From Victivallales bacterium (lineage in GTDB: Bacteria; Verrucomicrobiota; Lentisphaeria; Victivallales; UBA1829): DNA of 64,000 bases. The notes beneath the pieces are model-generated. The model was not told the DNA's origin. It did not search any database and saw nothing but the letters and a program-made list of their open reading frames with translations. A program made the position numbers and the translations under genes. Position 1 is the stretch's first letter. The number at the start of each line of letters is the position of its first letter. The stretch is from the NCBI GenBank assembly GCA_045114455.1, contig JBGUKN010000033.1, forward strand, positions 10,539-74,538. The letters run 5' to 3'. Positions 52,343 through 62,032 of this stretch are shown here, one piece after another.

Positions 52343-53023
52343 ATGACAAGACATGATGAGATCAGGGCGTCCTACCGGAAGCTCGGAAACAGCGCCGATT
52401 TCTACGACGGCATCATCACCCGTTCGACGCTGATCGGGAAACTGGTGGATTCCGTGGTATGGGGGCTGAACGGGGAACTCGCGGCGAAGTGGGCAAACGA
52501 CGCATTGTCGTCCGTGCCGGAAGGTTTCGGCGGGAAACTGCTGGAAGTCCCGGTCGGAACGGGCGTCCTGACGATGCCGTTGTACCGGAGCCTGCCGAAA
52601 GCGTCCGTTACCTGCCTCGACTATTCCGCGGACATGATGGCGAACGCCCGGAAACGAGCGGAGGAAATGAAGCTGAACAACGTGTCATTCGTGCAGGGAG
52701 ACGTGGGTGCGCTGCCGTTCGCGGATGAAAGTTTCGACCTCGTCCTGTCGTTGAACGGGTTCCATGCGTTCCCCGACAAGGACGCGGCGTTCCGCGAGAC
52801 GTTCCGCGTACTGAAACCCGGCGGGATCTTCTGCGGCTGTTTCTACATCGCGGGCGAGTTCCGGCGTACGGACTGGTTTGTGCGGAGAGTCTACGAGCCG
52901 AAGGGATTCTTTACGCCGCCGTTCGAGACGCGGGAAAGCCTGACCGCCAGGCTGCGCGCCATGTATGCCGACGTGAACGTGTCCGCTGTTCGCGCCGAGG
53001 GTATCTTCTCCTGTCGGAAATGA
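52343..53023 (+). CDS. Class I SAM-dependent methyltransferase (UbiE-like)
   Basis: LEVPVGTG, QGDVGALPF, NGFHAFPDK, RVLKPGG. Confidence 0.9.
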   Translation: MTRHDEIRASYRKLGNSADFYDGIITRSTLIGKLVDSVVWGLNGELAAKWANDALSSVPEGFGGKLLEVPVGTGVLTMPLYRSLPKASVTCLDYSADMMANARKRAEEMKLNNVSFVQGDVGALPFADESFDLVLSLNGFHAFPDKDAAFRETFRVLKPGGIFCGCFYIAGEFRRTDWFVRRVYEPKGFFTPPFETRESLTARLRAMYADVNVSAVRAEGIFSCRK

Positions 53024-53227
53024 GCGAATCGAGACAGGAGATACTGTTCATTTCCAAAATCAGCCGTAAACTGAAACACTCGTGTTTTTCCTGAAAAACG
53101 ATTGCATTCCGCTTGTTTTACAGGAAAAATATGCTATATTATTCAATACAAAAGGGACAGCCGGATGTGCTACGGCATGGGGAGGAGGATTCCGGCCGTT
53201 CAGGGAACAAAACAAAAAGGGTAGAAC

Positions 53228-53773
53228 ATGAAATCATGTCATTGTGCAAACGGGGTCGCTCCGTTGAAAGACCTGCTGTCCGCATACCGGGAGCAGATGA
53301 GCATTCCGTCGTTCACCGGTGTTCTGGAGCTGGTTCACGCCATGCCCGGACGAATCCGCCTCAGAATCCCATGCCTCCGCAGAAACGTGCCCGATGCGGA
53401 ACTGTTCCGTCGTCGGCTGTCCGGCCTGAAGGGAATCAAACAGGTCTCCGTGAACGTGTTTCTGGGAACGGTCCTGATCGTTTACGATCCGGCTGTCCTG
53501 ACGCCGATGGTGATCGTTTCGGCGGCGACGCACTGCTTCGAATTCGAGCATCTGCGGAAATCGCATCAGTCCGTGCTCGGTCGCGGCGTAAAGAACGTGC
53601 GGTTCGCCCTGGACCAAGCGCTTCTCCGCAACACACGCGGATTCGTGGACGTCCGTTCGGCCATGACACTGGTCCTGCTCATCGTGCTGATCCGCGGCCT
53701 CGTCGGGCGCGGTCGTGCGGCGTTCAATCCGCTGAGCGTGATCTGGTGGCTTTTCCAGGCCGTCGATCATTGA
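53228..53773 (+). CDS. HMA2-domain membrane protein (FezC-like)
   Basis: VHAMPGRIRL, GTVLIVYD, C-terminal hydrophobic helices. Confidence 0.75.
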   Translation: MKSCHCANGVAPLKDLLSAYREQMSIPSFTGVLELVHAMPGRIRLRIPCLRRNVPDAELFRRRLSGLKGIKQVSVNVFLGTVLIVYDPAVLTPMVIVSAATHCFEFEHLRKSHQSVLGRGVKNVRFALDQALLRNTRGFVDVRSAMTLVLLIVLIRGLVGRGRAAFNPLSVIWWLFQAVDH

Positions 53774-53791
53774 GGTGAAAGGAGCGCGCCC

Positions 53792-54181
53792 ATGCTGAAC
53801 AATCCCCTGCTTCAAGTGTGGCTGTCCTGCGTCAAGAAGATCAAACCCGTCCACAGCATCCCCGGCAGACTTCGCGTGAACATCTACGGCGTCCGGCAAT
53901 ACCCGGAACTGGCGCAGGAATACGCCTCCGTCCTGCTTGACAAAACCCGCCATCTGCCCGGTGTGCAGTCCGTCGAATTGAGCGTTCTGACCGGGAATAT
54001 CCTGTTGACCTACGACGTGCGAGTGACTACGGAGCACGAGCTTTTGGAACGCCTGAACACGGCCTGGACGGCGCTGATGCAGTATTTCCGCGATGTCGAC
54101 CAGCCGGAAATGATCGTGCCGGAAGCGATCGCGCGTGTGCTGGACCGGGTTTGGAATCCGCCTCACACAAGCAGACAATAA
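53792..54181 (+). CDS. Soluble HMA2-domain protein
   Basis: VHSIPGRLRV, TGNILLTYD. Confidence 0.75.
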   Translation: MLNNPLLQVWLSCVKKIKPVHSIPGRLRVNIYGVRQYPELAQEYASVLLDKTRHLPGVQSVELSVLTGNILLTYDVRVTTEHELLERLNTAWTALMQYFRDVDQPEMIVPEAIARVLDRVWNPPHTSRQ

Positions 54182-54212
54182 CATCTTTTGCAGTTCAAAA
54201 AAAGGAGAGATC

Positions 54213-56438
54213 ATGGTTTTTACGAACAATCGGAAACGCCCGCTCCTGAAATGCGGATTTGCCCACAGGATGCGCGGACGTGTGCGGATCACCTGCCGTG
54301 CGGTCCGTTATCTGCGACAGGAACAGGACGACCTGGAGGCGCATTTTTCCGAACTGCGCGGGGTGCTGTCACTGCGGATGAACTGCGCGGCATCGTCCGT
54401 CATCCTCCAGTACGACCCCGGACGCACCAACGACGAGGAGCTGCTGGAGTCCGTCGAGCACATCATCGGGATGCACTCCCTGAACGCCCTGCAGAAGGAG
54501 CGCGAGGAACGCAACATGCTGGCCGTGCAGGAACGCGACCTGCATGAAGAAGGCCTTTCGACCATGCTCCTGCGAAGCATTTCGGCGGGCGGACTTCTGC
54601 TGACCTCGTGGATCACAAGGGCGGCTGTCCCCGCCACGCTCACCGGACGAATCTTCGGTTTCACCGGGTTCGGCGCATTGATGCTGGCGGCACCGCTGTT
54701 CCGCAGCGGACTCGGCGCATTGAGGAAAAACCTTCTCCCGAACGCCGACACCTTGAGCGCGATGGCTGTGCTTTCCAGCGTGCTGGCGGGCAAGAGTGCA
54801 TCAGCCCTGACCGTACTGCTCCTGCATGACGCCGCCGAAGCCATGACCGTGTACACGATGGACCGCACACGGAACGCCATCCGCGACATGCTGTCCGTGG
54901 ACAACCGCGAGGAAGTCTGGCGGCTGAAATCGGACGAGCCGGATTCCCCGCTGGAGCGCATCTGCGTTTCCGAGCTGAAACGGAACGACCTGATCGTGAT
55001 CCACACGGGCGAAAAGATCTGTGCCGACGGCACGGTCGTTTCCGGCCGCGCCACCATCAACCAGGCTCCCATCACGGGCGAATTCGAGTCCGTCCTGCGG
55101 GAGAAAGGCGGCAAGATCTTCGCAGGCACGGTGATCGTCGAGGGCACGATCACGGTCCGTGTGGAATCGGTCGGCGACCAGACCGCCGTTTCCCGCATCA
55201 TTCATATGGTCGAGGATGCGGAGGGCAAGAAAGCCGCGATCCAGACCTATGCGGACCGTTTCTCCTCCGCGCTGGTCCCGGTCAACATCCTGCTCGCCGG
55301 CGTCGTCTATCTGGCCACGCGCGACATCGGGCGCGCACTGAACATGCTCATCATCGATTATTCGTGCGGGATCCGGCTCTCCACAGCGGCCGCGCTTTCG
55401 GCGGCGATCAGCACTGCCGCCCGCGAAGGCGTCCTCATCAAGGGCGGCGGCTCCATCGAAGCGCTGACCGAAGCCGACACGCTGATTCTGGACAAGACCG
55501 GCACGCTGACCGAGGGAAAGCCCCGCGTCGAAAGCGTCATGACCATTTCCGACCACTATTCGCGCATGGACGTGATCCAGCTCGCGGCCGCGGCCGAGGA
55601 GACCTCGAAACACCCGATGGCCGCCGCCATTCTCGCCCATCTTCAGAGGTCCGGCGGGAGCATCCCGCTTCATACGGAAATCCAGACCATTGTCGGGCGC
55701 GGCGTGTACACGGACGTGGACGGTCATTGCATCCGCGTCGGCAGCAAACGGTTCCTCAACGAATGCGGCATCCACACGCACCCGATGCGTGATCAGGCAT
55801 CGAAGCTCTTCGCCAACGGCGAAAGCGTGATCTTCGTGGCGCGCGATGACGAGATCATCGGCCTCATCGGCATCCGCGATCCCCTGCGCGAGAACATGAA
55901 GAAAGCACTGAACCGGCTTCGCCTCACCGGAGTCGATGACATCGTCCTGCTGACCGGAGACCTGGAACAGCAGGCGGACGTCGTGGCGCGTCGCCTCGGT
56001 CTGGACGGATTCGAATCCGAACTCCTGCCGGAGGACAAGGCGCGCGCCGTGCTTCGTCTGCAATCGCGCGGCAGCAAAGTCGTGATGGTCGGCGACGGCA
56101 TCAACGACGCCCCCGGACTGGCCTATGCGGACGTCGGCGTCGCGCTCGGCAAGACCCGAACCGACGTGGCGATGGAAGCCGCGGACATCACCATCGCGGG
56201 CGACAATGCCCTCATGCTGTCCGGCGTGTACGGCCTGGCGCATCACACCATGGATGTAATCAAGCAGAATTTCTTCGTCTCCATCGGCATCAACACGGTC
56301 GGACTGCTCTTCGGCGGACTCGGCATTCTGCCGGTCATCGCAGGCGCGGTCATGCACAACGCCAGCACCATCCTCGTCGTCGGCAACTCCCTCCGCATAT
56401 TCTTCTACGACATGCACGAGCCCATGAAGCACACCTAA
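54213..56438 (+). CDS. P1B-6-type heavy-metal P-type ATPase (FezB-like)
   Basis: HRMRGRVR N-terminus, DYSCG, DKTGTLT, SKHP, GDGINDAP, HNAST; start moved to MVFTNN after AAGGAG. Confidence 0.88.
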   Translation: MVFTNNRKRPLLKCGFAHRMRGRVRITCRAVRYLRQEQDDLEAHFSELRGVLSLRMNCAASSVILQYDPGRTNDEELLESVEHIIGMHSLNALQKEREERNMLAVQERDLHEEGLSTMLLRSISAGGLLLTSWITRAAVPATLTGRIFGFTGFGALMLAAPLFRSGLGALRKNLLPNADTLSAMAVLSSVLAGKSASALTVLLLHDAAEAMTVYTMDRTRNAIRDMLSVDNREEVWRLKSDEPDSPLERICVSELKRNDLIVIHTGEKICADGTVVSGRATINQAPITGEFESVLREKGGKIFAGTVIVEGTITVRVESVGDQTAVSRIIHMVEDAEGKKAAIQTYADRFSSALVPVNILLAGVVYLATRDIGRALNMLIIDYSCGIRLSTAAALSAAISTAAREGVLIKGGGSIEALTEADTLILDKTGTLTEGKPRVESVMTISDHYSRMDVIQLAAAAEETSKHPMAAAILAHLQRSGGSIPLHTEIQTIVGRGVYTDVDGHCIRVGSKRFLNECGIHTHPMRDQASKLFANGESVIFVARDDEIIGLIGIRDPLRENMKKALNRLRLTGVDDIVLLTGDLEQQADVVARRLGLDGFESELLPEDKARAVLRLQSRGSKVVMVGDGINDAPGLAYADVGVALGKTRTDVAMEAADITIAGDNALMLSGVYGLAHHTMDVIKQNFFVSIGINTVGLLFGGLGILPVIAGAVMHNASTILVVGNSLRIFFYDMHEPMKHT

Positions 56439-56524
56439 CCGTTCGTTTTGGAGCCGCGTCCATCACCGGAAGCGGTTTCCTCCCATAATCCCCCGTCAAC
56501 CCTCAAAAAGGAGCTTGAAAAACA

Positions 56525-56806
56525 ATGGCTATCACATCGGAACATCTGGTCGGAGCCGCCGTCGGCATCGGAGCCGCGGCAGTCGGGTTCTATCTCTACC
56601 AGAAAAATCAGGACAAGATCAACGAATTCCTGCGGACGCACGGCCTCGACATCCCGGTCAGCGAAAACCAGCCGCTCGAGTCCATGAACATCGAAGACCT
56701 TGCCACGCTCAAGGAACGCATCGAGGATCTGATCGCCGAGCGCGAACTCGCCGCGAAGGAAGCCGCAGCAGCCCCGGCCGCGGAGCCCGCGCCCGCTCAG
56801 GCGTAA
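56525..56806 (+). CDS. Small GxxxG membrane protein (FezA-like)
   Basis: GAAVGIGAAAVG TM then KERIEDLIAE helix; AAGGAG RBS. Confidence 0.65.
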   Translation: MAITSEHLVGAAVGIGAAAVGFYLYQKNQDKINEFLRTHGLDIPVSENQPLESMNIEDLATLKERIEDLIAERELAAKEAAAAPAAEPAPAQA

Positions 56807-56928
56807 TATCCTTCCAATCGTTTCTTTTGTCCGCACATCCGGTCCCGGAGACGCTTTCTCATCTGTGTACTGAGCGCACTCCGGGGCTGTGGATGTTTTT
56901 TTCCCTGCGGACTGTTTGAGAACCAACC

Positions 56929-57420
56929 ATGAAAACGCAAAAACACCTCCCCGTTTTCGGCGTGGGGCCGATCTATGTCTTCTCCATCGCCGTCCTGACT
57001 TTCGCGGCATACCGGATGCGGAATCTGCCCGCGTTGTCGTCCGGGCTGATCGACGTGCTCCAGAAGCCGCTGTTCATCCTGGGCGTCATCCTGATCGTGC
57101 TGGGCGTGTTCATCTGGTTTCAGGCCGCCGTCGTGTCGAGACTGCTTGACGGCATCATGAAGAATCGCCTCGTAACTACGGGAATCTATGCGTGGACCCG
57201 CAATCCCCTCTACACGGCGTTCATGATCGTCTGCACCGGGGTGATTCTCATGGCTGGAAATCTCTGGTTTTTCTTCCTGCCGTTCGTTTTCTGGGGCTTC
57301 ATGACCGTGCTGATGAAGCACACCGAGGAACAATGGCTGCGGGACTTGTACGGAAAGCAGTATGACGAGTATTGCCGCCGGGTCAACCGCTGCTGGCCCT
57401 GGTTCCCTCGGAAGAAATGA
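56929..57420 (+). CDS. Isoprenylcysteine carboxyl methyltransferase (ICMT/PEMT) family protein
   Basis: LVTTGIYAWTRNPLY, EE..L…YG..YDEYC. Confidence 0.88.
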   Translation: MKTQKHLPVFGVGPIYVFSIAVLTFAAYRMRNLPALSSGLIDVLQKPLFILGVILIVLGVFIWFQAAVVSRLLDGIMKNRLVTTGIYAWTRNPLYTAFMIVCTGVILMAGNLWFFFLPFVFWGFMTVLMKHTEEQWLRDLYGKQYDEYCRRVNRCWPWFPRKK

Positions 57421-57444
57421 GGTAAAAAAAACTCGGGCAGCCAC

Positions 57445-58227
57445 ATGAAGCAGTACGAAATCACGGTCCATGAGTTCGGGAAACAGAATCCCGACGTCGT
57501 TGTCATGTTTCATCCGCTCGGCGTGTGGTGGGATGTCTTCGACCGCGTGATCCCGATCCTGGAACGCCGTTTCCACCTCGTGATACCCGCCGTTCCGGGG
57601 CTTGACCCCGACCAGCCGGATCTGACGTTCACCAGCATTGAGATAATCGAAGAACAGATCGAGACCTGGCTGATCAGGCACGGCCACCAACATGTCGCCT
57701 GCCTGTACGGATGCTCCATGGGCGGAGCACTGGCGATTCGCATGCTTGCGCGAGGCGTCATTGCCCCAAAATGCGCTGTCATTGACGCCGGGATCACGCC
57801 GTATCGGATGCCGAAGGCGTTTACCTACCTGATCGGAGCACGCGACTGGTGCGCCGTCGAGTTTGCGAAACACGTCGGCGTGCGGATGCTGAATGCCTTC
57901 ACGGATACGTCGAAGTTCACACGGGACGATCTGCTGTATGTGAAGAAAGTCCTGTCCGGCATGAGCTCGAAGACGATCTGGCGGGCGTTCTATTCCACGA
58001 ACAACTATTCCATGCCCGAATCCGTTTCCCGTCCGCCGTGCCCCGTCCAATACTGGTACGGCGAGGCGGAACGCTCCGCCCGCAAGTGGGACATCGCGTA
58101 CATGAAAAAGGTTTTCCCCGATACGGTCTTCGTGGAGAACAAGGGGCAGGACCATGCGGAATTCTTCACGCTCCACCCGGAAGCGTTTTGCAAACAGCTT
58201 GAAATGTTCATCCGAGTATCAGGATAA
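57445..58227 (+). CDS. Alpha/beta hydrolase
   Basis: GCSMGG nucleophile elbow, C-terminal DHAE. Confidence 0.85.
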   Translation: MKQYEITVHEFGKQNPDVVVMFHPLGVWWDVFDRVIPILERRFHLVIPAVPGLDPDQPDLTFTSIEIIEEQIETWLIRHGHQHVACLYGCSMGGALAIRMLARGVIAPKCAVIDAGITPYRMPKAFTYLIGARDWCAVEFAKHVGVRMLNAFTDTSKFTRDDLLYVKKVLSGMSSKTIWRAFYSTNNYSMPESVSRPPCPVQYWYGEAERSARKWDIAYMKKVFPDTVFVENKGQDHAEFFTLHPEAFCKQLEMFIRVSG

Positions 58228-58325
58228 CCCCAGCTCCCCGGAACACACAAAGAGCGGAAAGCCGCCGCAAATGGTCCACTGCATAACCATGCGGAGCTTC
58301 CCGCCCGAAATGTTAGGCTGGAGAA

Positions 58326-58820
58326 TCAGCCGAGGTGCGCTTTCAGCTTTTCGACCCATGCCCCGATGCGGGACGAGGTCTTTTCCGATTCGTTGTTGTC
58401 GTCCAGCGCGAGCCCGCAGAACATGCCGCCCTCGGCCGCCGCGGACGAGCTGTGCCCGTAGCCTTCAGCGGAGGTCTGGCCGATCAGGTTCGCGCCACGT
58501 CTTTTCGCTGTCTTGGCGAGGATGCCCATCGCGTCGCAGTAGGTGTCGGCGAATCCGCTCTGGTCGCCGAGCCCGAAGACCGCGACGAGTTTCCCGTTGA
58601 GGTCGGCATTTTCCAGCAGGCCGATCTTCACGGCCCAATCGTCCTGAAGTTCGCCAAGTCCCCATGTGGAACTGCCGAGGATCAGCAGATCGGCCTTGAA
58701 ATCGTCCGCCGTCGCGTTCGCCACGTTAATCGCCTGGACGCCGAATGCAGCCGCGATTTCCGCAGCCGCGCTCTCTGTTGCGCCTGTTGTACTTCCGAAA
58801 ATGACTTTTACGTTTGCCAT
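58326..58820 (-). CDS. fldA: Long-chain flavodoxin
   Basis: FGSTTGATE, GSSTWGLGELQ, FGLGDQ, GLALD. Confidence 0.92.
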   Translation of the reverse strand: MANVKVIFGSTTGATESAAAEIAAAFGVQAINVANATADDFKADLLILGSSTWGLGELQDDWAVKIGLLENADLNGKLVAVFGLGDQSGFADTYCDAMGILAKTAKRRGANLIGQTSAEGYGHSSSAAAEGGMFCGLALDDNNESEKTSSRIGAWVEKLKAHLG

Positions 58821-58835
58821 GTTGCATGACTCCCT

Positions 58836-59456
58836 TTATTGAGTGATTGGGTTAATGGTGGATATGTGTTCCATAAATGCCTGCGAGTTCCCGCAGACGT
58901 TCAAAATGCGTTCCGCCGCTGCCTCGACTCTGCTGTACAGCGACATCCGAGCGATGGACTCCCCCGCGTCGCCGTAAACCGCCCAGCGGCCGTGTTCCAC
59001 CGGAGTCCGGGGCAGATTCGCCATGAATCCTGCCACGTCCTTCGCCGGATAGCCGAGGAAGATGCCGACCTCGTGCGGCAGGCCGTTTCCCCGCCGGAAA
59101 CGCCGTTGCAGTTCCCGGAGCATGGCGTCGCATCCCGCATCGGTCCGGTAGCCGCAGTGTGCGAGCAGAGCGCGGTTCTCCGGTTCGGAAAGCGTGCGCG
59201 CCATCGTTTCGGGGTGGTAGAAAAGCACCAGCGTGCTGTCGCGTTCGACAAGCAGCTCCAGATAGTCCAGCTCCAGGATGTTCAGGATGTCGCGCCTGTG
59301 CAGACAGACCGGATCGCCGTTGTCGGTTTCCGCCGTGAAACACCGCCTGATGCGGAGCAGTTCGCCGGGCTTCACGCCACGTCGGACCGCCGCGGTCTTC
59401 AGCAGGAGAAAACGCAGGAGGCTTTTCCGATGAATGAAACAGGTTGTCGGTGCCAT
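58836..59456 (-). CDS. DUF3793 family protein
   Basis: GVKPGEL, PHEVGIFLGYP..DV.GF, WAVY; start moved to MAPTTC. Confidence 0.85.
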   Translation of the reverse strand: MAPTTCFIHRKSLLRFLLLKTAAVRRGVKPGELLRIRRCFTAETDNGDPVCLHRRDILNILELDYLELLVERDSTLVLFYHPETMARTLSEPENRALLAHCGYRTDAGCDAMLRELQRRFRRGNGLPHEVGIFLGYPAKDVAGFMANLPRTPVEHGRWAVYGDAGESIARMSLYSRVEAAAERILNVCGNSQAFMEHISTINPITQ

Positions 59457-59519
59457 AACTTTGTTTTGCCTAACTCTTGAAAAACGCCGAATCCATCCGG
59501 TCGGCACATGATACGGGTG

Positions 59520-59723
59520 AAAAAAGACAAGTCCCGGAACCATCCTGCAAATCCGGTTGGAGGACCGGACCCGCACCTGCTTTACCCTACCCGGCATTTT
59601 CGTTCAAATTCTGCCGAAACAGAACTCAAACGGAGCGCCGGACCCTTTTTCACATTCTCCCATTTTGGACAGCGGCACACCTGCACCAGTACGCCGTGAA
59701 TGGTTCCGGGACTTTTGCGTCAT
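59520..59723 (-). ncRNA. Candidate structured leader RNA of unknown class
   Basis: Perfect 15-bp closing stem, central UUCG hairpin, downstream U run, immediately after a consensus promoter. Confidence 0.4.
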
Positions 59724-59729
59724 GGTAAT

Positions 59730-59773
59730 ACTATATCATGCCTTTTTTGAGATGTCAAGTTAGTTTAAACTAA
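59730..59773 (-). promoter_or_regulatory. Promoter TTGACA-N17-TATAGT with adjacent palindrome TTAGTTTAAACTAA
   Basis: -35 at 59753-59758, -10 at 59730-59735, palindrome at 59760-59773. Confidence 0.75.
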
Positions 59774-59841
59774 TTTTTTGAATTTTTCTGAAAACGAGTT
59801 CCGTCTACTGTCACGATGTCGGGTTGATACAACCAAATGCA

Positions 59842-59878
59842 GTCAGCCCCGGAACCATCGTCGGCTTCGGGGGCTGAC
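59842..59878 (-). terminator. Hairpin after the Gly-rich gene
   Basis: GTCAGCCCC…GGGGCTGAC 9-bp inverted repeat; U tract weak. Confidence 0.5.
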
Positions 59879-59964
59879 GTTCATCTCGCATTTGGAAATG
59901 AAAAATGAAAAAAGGCCAAATCCTTGAGGAGATGGCCATGGAAGAATCATTCGTTACTCAGAAT

Positions 59965-61263
59965 TCAGAAACCGAAGGCTCCCTGCGGTCCAAAGCCGCC
60001 GAACCCACCGAAGTCGCTCCGAGGAGCAAATCCGCCGAAGTCGGCATCGAAGCCGCCGCGAGGAGCGGCGCCGCGTTCGCGGTTCTGGTGTCTGCCTTCG
60101 CGTCTGCCTTCGCGTCTGCCACGGGGCTGTCTGTCTTGGATCGTGGCTTTCGGCGTGCCGAAACCAGCCTGCGGTGCCGGAACGATACCGGGACCGGCAA
60201 AGCCGTTCTGAGGAACAGGAGCAGGACCTGCGCCGATTCCCGCCTGTGGAACGGGAGCTGCGCCGGGGTCGAAACCACTGAAGTCAGCCAGGGGAGCAGG
60301 GGCCGGGCCAATCTGCGGTGTAGGAGCTGCGCCGAGGCCGAAGCCAGCTTGGGGAGCCGGAGCAGGACCAACAGCGGGAGCGTTGCCAAACCCGCCGAAC
60401 CCGCCGAACCCGCCGAAACCTCCGAAATCGCCGAACCCGCCGGCGGGAGCACTCCCGAAGCCACCGGTCGGTGCCGGAGCAACGCTGATACCGAAGCCCC
60501 CCTGCGGAGCAGAAGCGAAGCCGAGGCCGAAGCCAGCCTGCGGAACAGGAGCTGCGCCGGGGCCGAAACCACCGGTCGGAGCCGGAACAGCACCAGGTCC
60601 GAAACCTGCCTGAGGACCAAACTGAGGCGCGGGTCCACCGAAACCACCGAAGCCGCCGAAATCACCAGTCGGAGCCGGAGCAACGCTGATACCGAAGCCC
60701 CCCTGAGGAGCAGGAGCGGAGCCAATAGCTGGAGCGCCAAAGCCTAACTGCGGAGTCTGAGCGATGCCGGGAGCGCCGAAACCAGTGGAAGGAACAGGCG
60801 CTGCACCGAAACCGATGCCAGTCTGCGGAGCCGGAGCGGGGCCGACAGCGGGAGCATTGCCAAACCCGCCGAAACCTCCGAAATCGCCGAAGCCGCCAGC
60901 GGGAGCGCCCCCGAAGCTACCGGTCGGAGCCGGAGCAGCGCCAATGCCGCCGAAGCCTCCGGCAGGAGTTGTTCCGGGTGTTGTGAAACCGCCAAAGCCG
61001 AAGCCGTTAGCGGGGACAGGACCGGCAGCTGGTGCGCCGCCGCCGAAACCGCCAAAGCCGAAGCCGCCGAAGTCAGCGCCAGGTGCAGTCATGCCGGGTC
61101 CATTGAAGACTCCGGCAGGAGCGGGAGCGGTTCCCGGTCCCATACCGGGACCGCCAAAACCGCCTGCGCCGAGCCCCATTCCTCCGCCAAAGCCTTGTGC
61201 GTAGGTGTTGACGGACACGATTCCAGCAAGTGCGAGGACGATGAGTGTAGTCATTTTCTTCAT
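59965..61263 (-). CDS. Secreted Gly/Pro/Ala/Phe low-complexity repeat protein
   Basis: Signal peptide MKKMTT…TYA; GGFG/APAP repeats; AAGGAG RBS. Confidence 0.75.
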   Translation of the reverse strand: MKKMTTLIVLALAGIVSVNTYAQGFGGGMGLGAGGFGGPGMGPGTAPAPAGVFNGPGMTAPGADFGGFGFGGFGGGAPAAGPVPANGFGFGGFTTPGTTPAGGFGGIGAAPAPTGSFGGAPAGGFGDFGGFGGFGNAPAVGPAPAPQTGIGFGAAPVPSTGFGAPGIAQTPQLGFGAPAIGSAPAPQGGFGISVAPAPTGDFGGFGGFGGPAPQFGPQAGFGPGAVPAPTGGFGPGAAPVPQAGFGLGFASAPQGGFGISVAPAPTGGFGSAPAGGFGDFGGFGGFGGFGGFGNAPAVGPAPAPQAGFGLGAAPTPQIGPAPAPLADFSGFDPGAAPVPQAGIGAGPAPVPQNGFAGPGIVPAPQAGFGTPKATIQDRQPRGRREGRREGRHQNRERGAAPRGGFDADFGGFAPRSDFGGFGGFGPQGAFGF

Positions 61264-61550
61264 AGTCGTTCTCCTTAGTTATATGGGTTGTAGGATATTG
61301 GACAAGGGGTCCGCAAGTTGTTCCTACGGTGTCCGTTTACGATTCACAGCTGTGTTTTCACATCAATTAACGAATAGCAATATTTACATATTGTATTGTA
61401 TGATTTCATTTTTTGTGTTTTTTTATTTGCATGTATTATAAAGAATTATTTATTCTATTCATAAACTCAAATCATGCAGAAATTCAGACAACAAAAAAAA
61501 GACCAGATCCAAAAGGAAATGGTCTTTGAAAAAATAGTTCAATATTAAGC

Positions 61551-61973
61551 TCAGAATCCGCAAAGGACGCCCATGCCGCCGAATCCCCCCATCATCGGAT
61601 AACCGCTGAAACCGCCCATGTCACCAAAGCCGCCCATGCCATTGAACCCCACCATGATCGGGTAACAGCCGCCACTCATGCTGTCCATGCCGAATCCGCC
61701 ACCATAAATGTCAAAGCTCATTTCGGGCATGCAGGCAAAATCATTTCCCGGTATTTGGAAATCGGCGATGGAGTTGCTGTCGGCATTCTCCTCTTCCCGC
61801 AGAAGAGATTCGAGCATGTCGGCAAGCAAATCCATTTCCGCAAGATCGACAAGCATATCCAGTTCTGCAGAACTTTTTCCTGTGTCCTTATGTGCATCTT
61901 TCTGAGCCCAGATTGTTGCCGCTGTCATGGAGACCGCAAGTGCGCAGGTGAGAATCCATTTTGTTGTTTTCAT
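61551..61973 (-). CDS. Secreted protein, acidic middle and GM/GF-rich C-terminus
   Basis: Signal peptide MKTTKW…IWA; AAGGAG RBS. Confidence 0.65.
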   Translation of the reverse strand: MKTTKWILTCALAVSMTAATIWAQKDAHKDTGKSSAELDMLVDLAEMDLLADMLESLLREEENADSNSIADFQIPGNDFACMPEMSFDIYGGGFGMDSMSGGCYPIMVGFNGMGGFGDMGGFSGYPMMGGFGGMGVLCGF

Positions 61974-62032
61974 TTTCTTCTCCTTTTATCGCTGGAGTTG
62001 AGGTTGAAATGTTGTATTGTCAAATCGTAAAA

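Noticed and set aside
59520-59723. Assignment as a cobalamin, FMN or NiCo riboswitch
   Set aside because: Only short fragments resemble them; core consensus blocks (GCAACTGT and AGCCAG, AGTCCG and GGATG, GAGCAGGC) are missing.
59905-60747. Overlapping 280-aa and 260-aa ORFs and repeats that could suggest a CRISPR array
   Set aside because: The repeats are in-frame coding duplications of the Gly-rich protein, with no constant repeat and unique spacer pattern.
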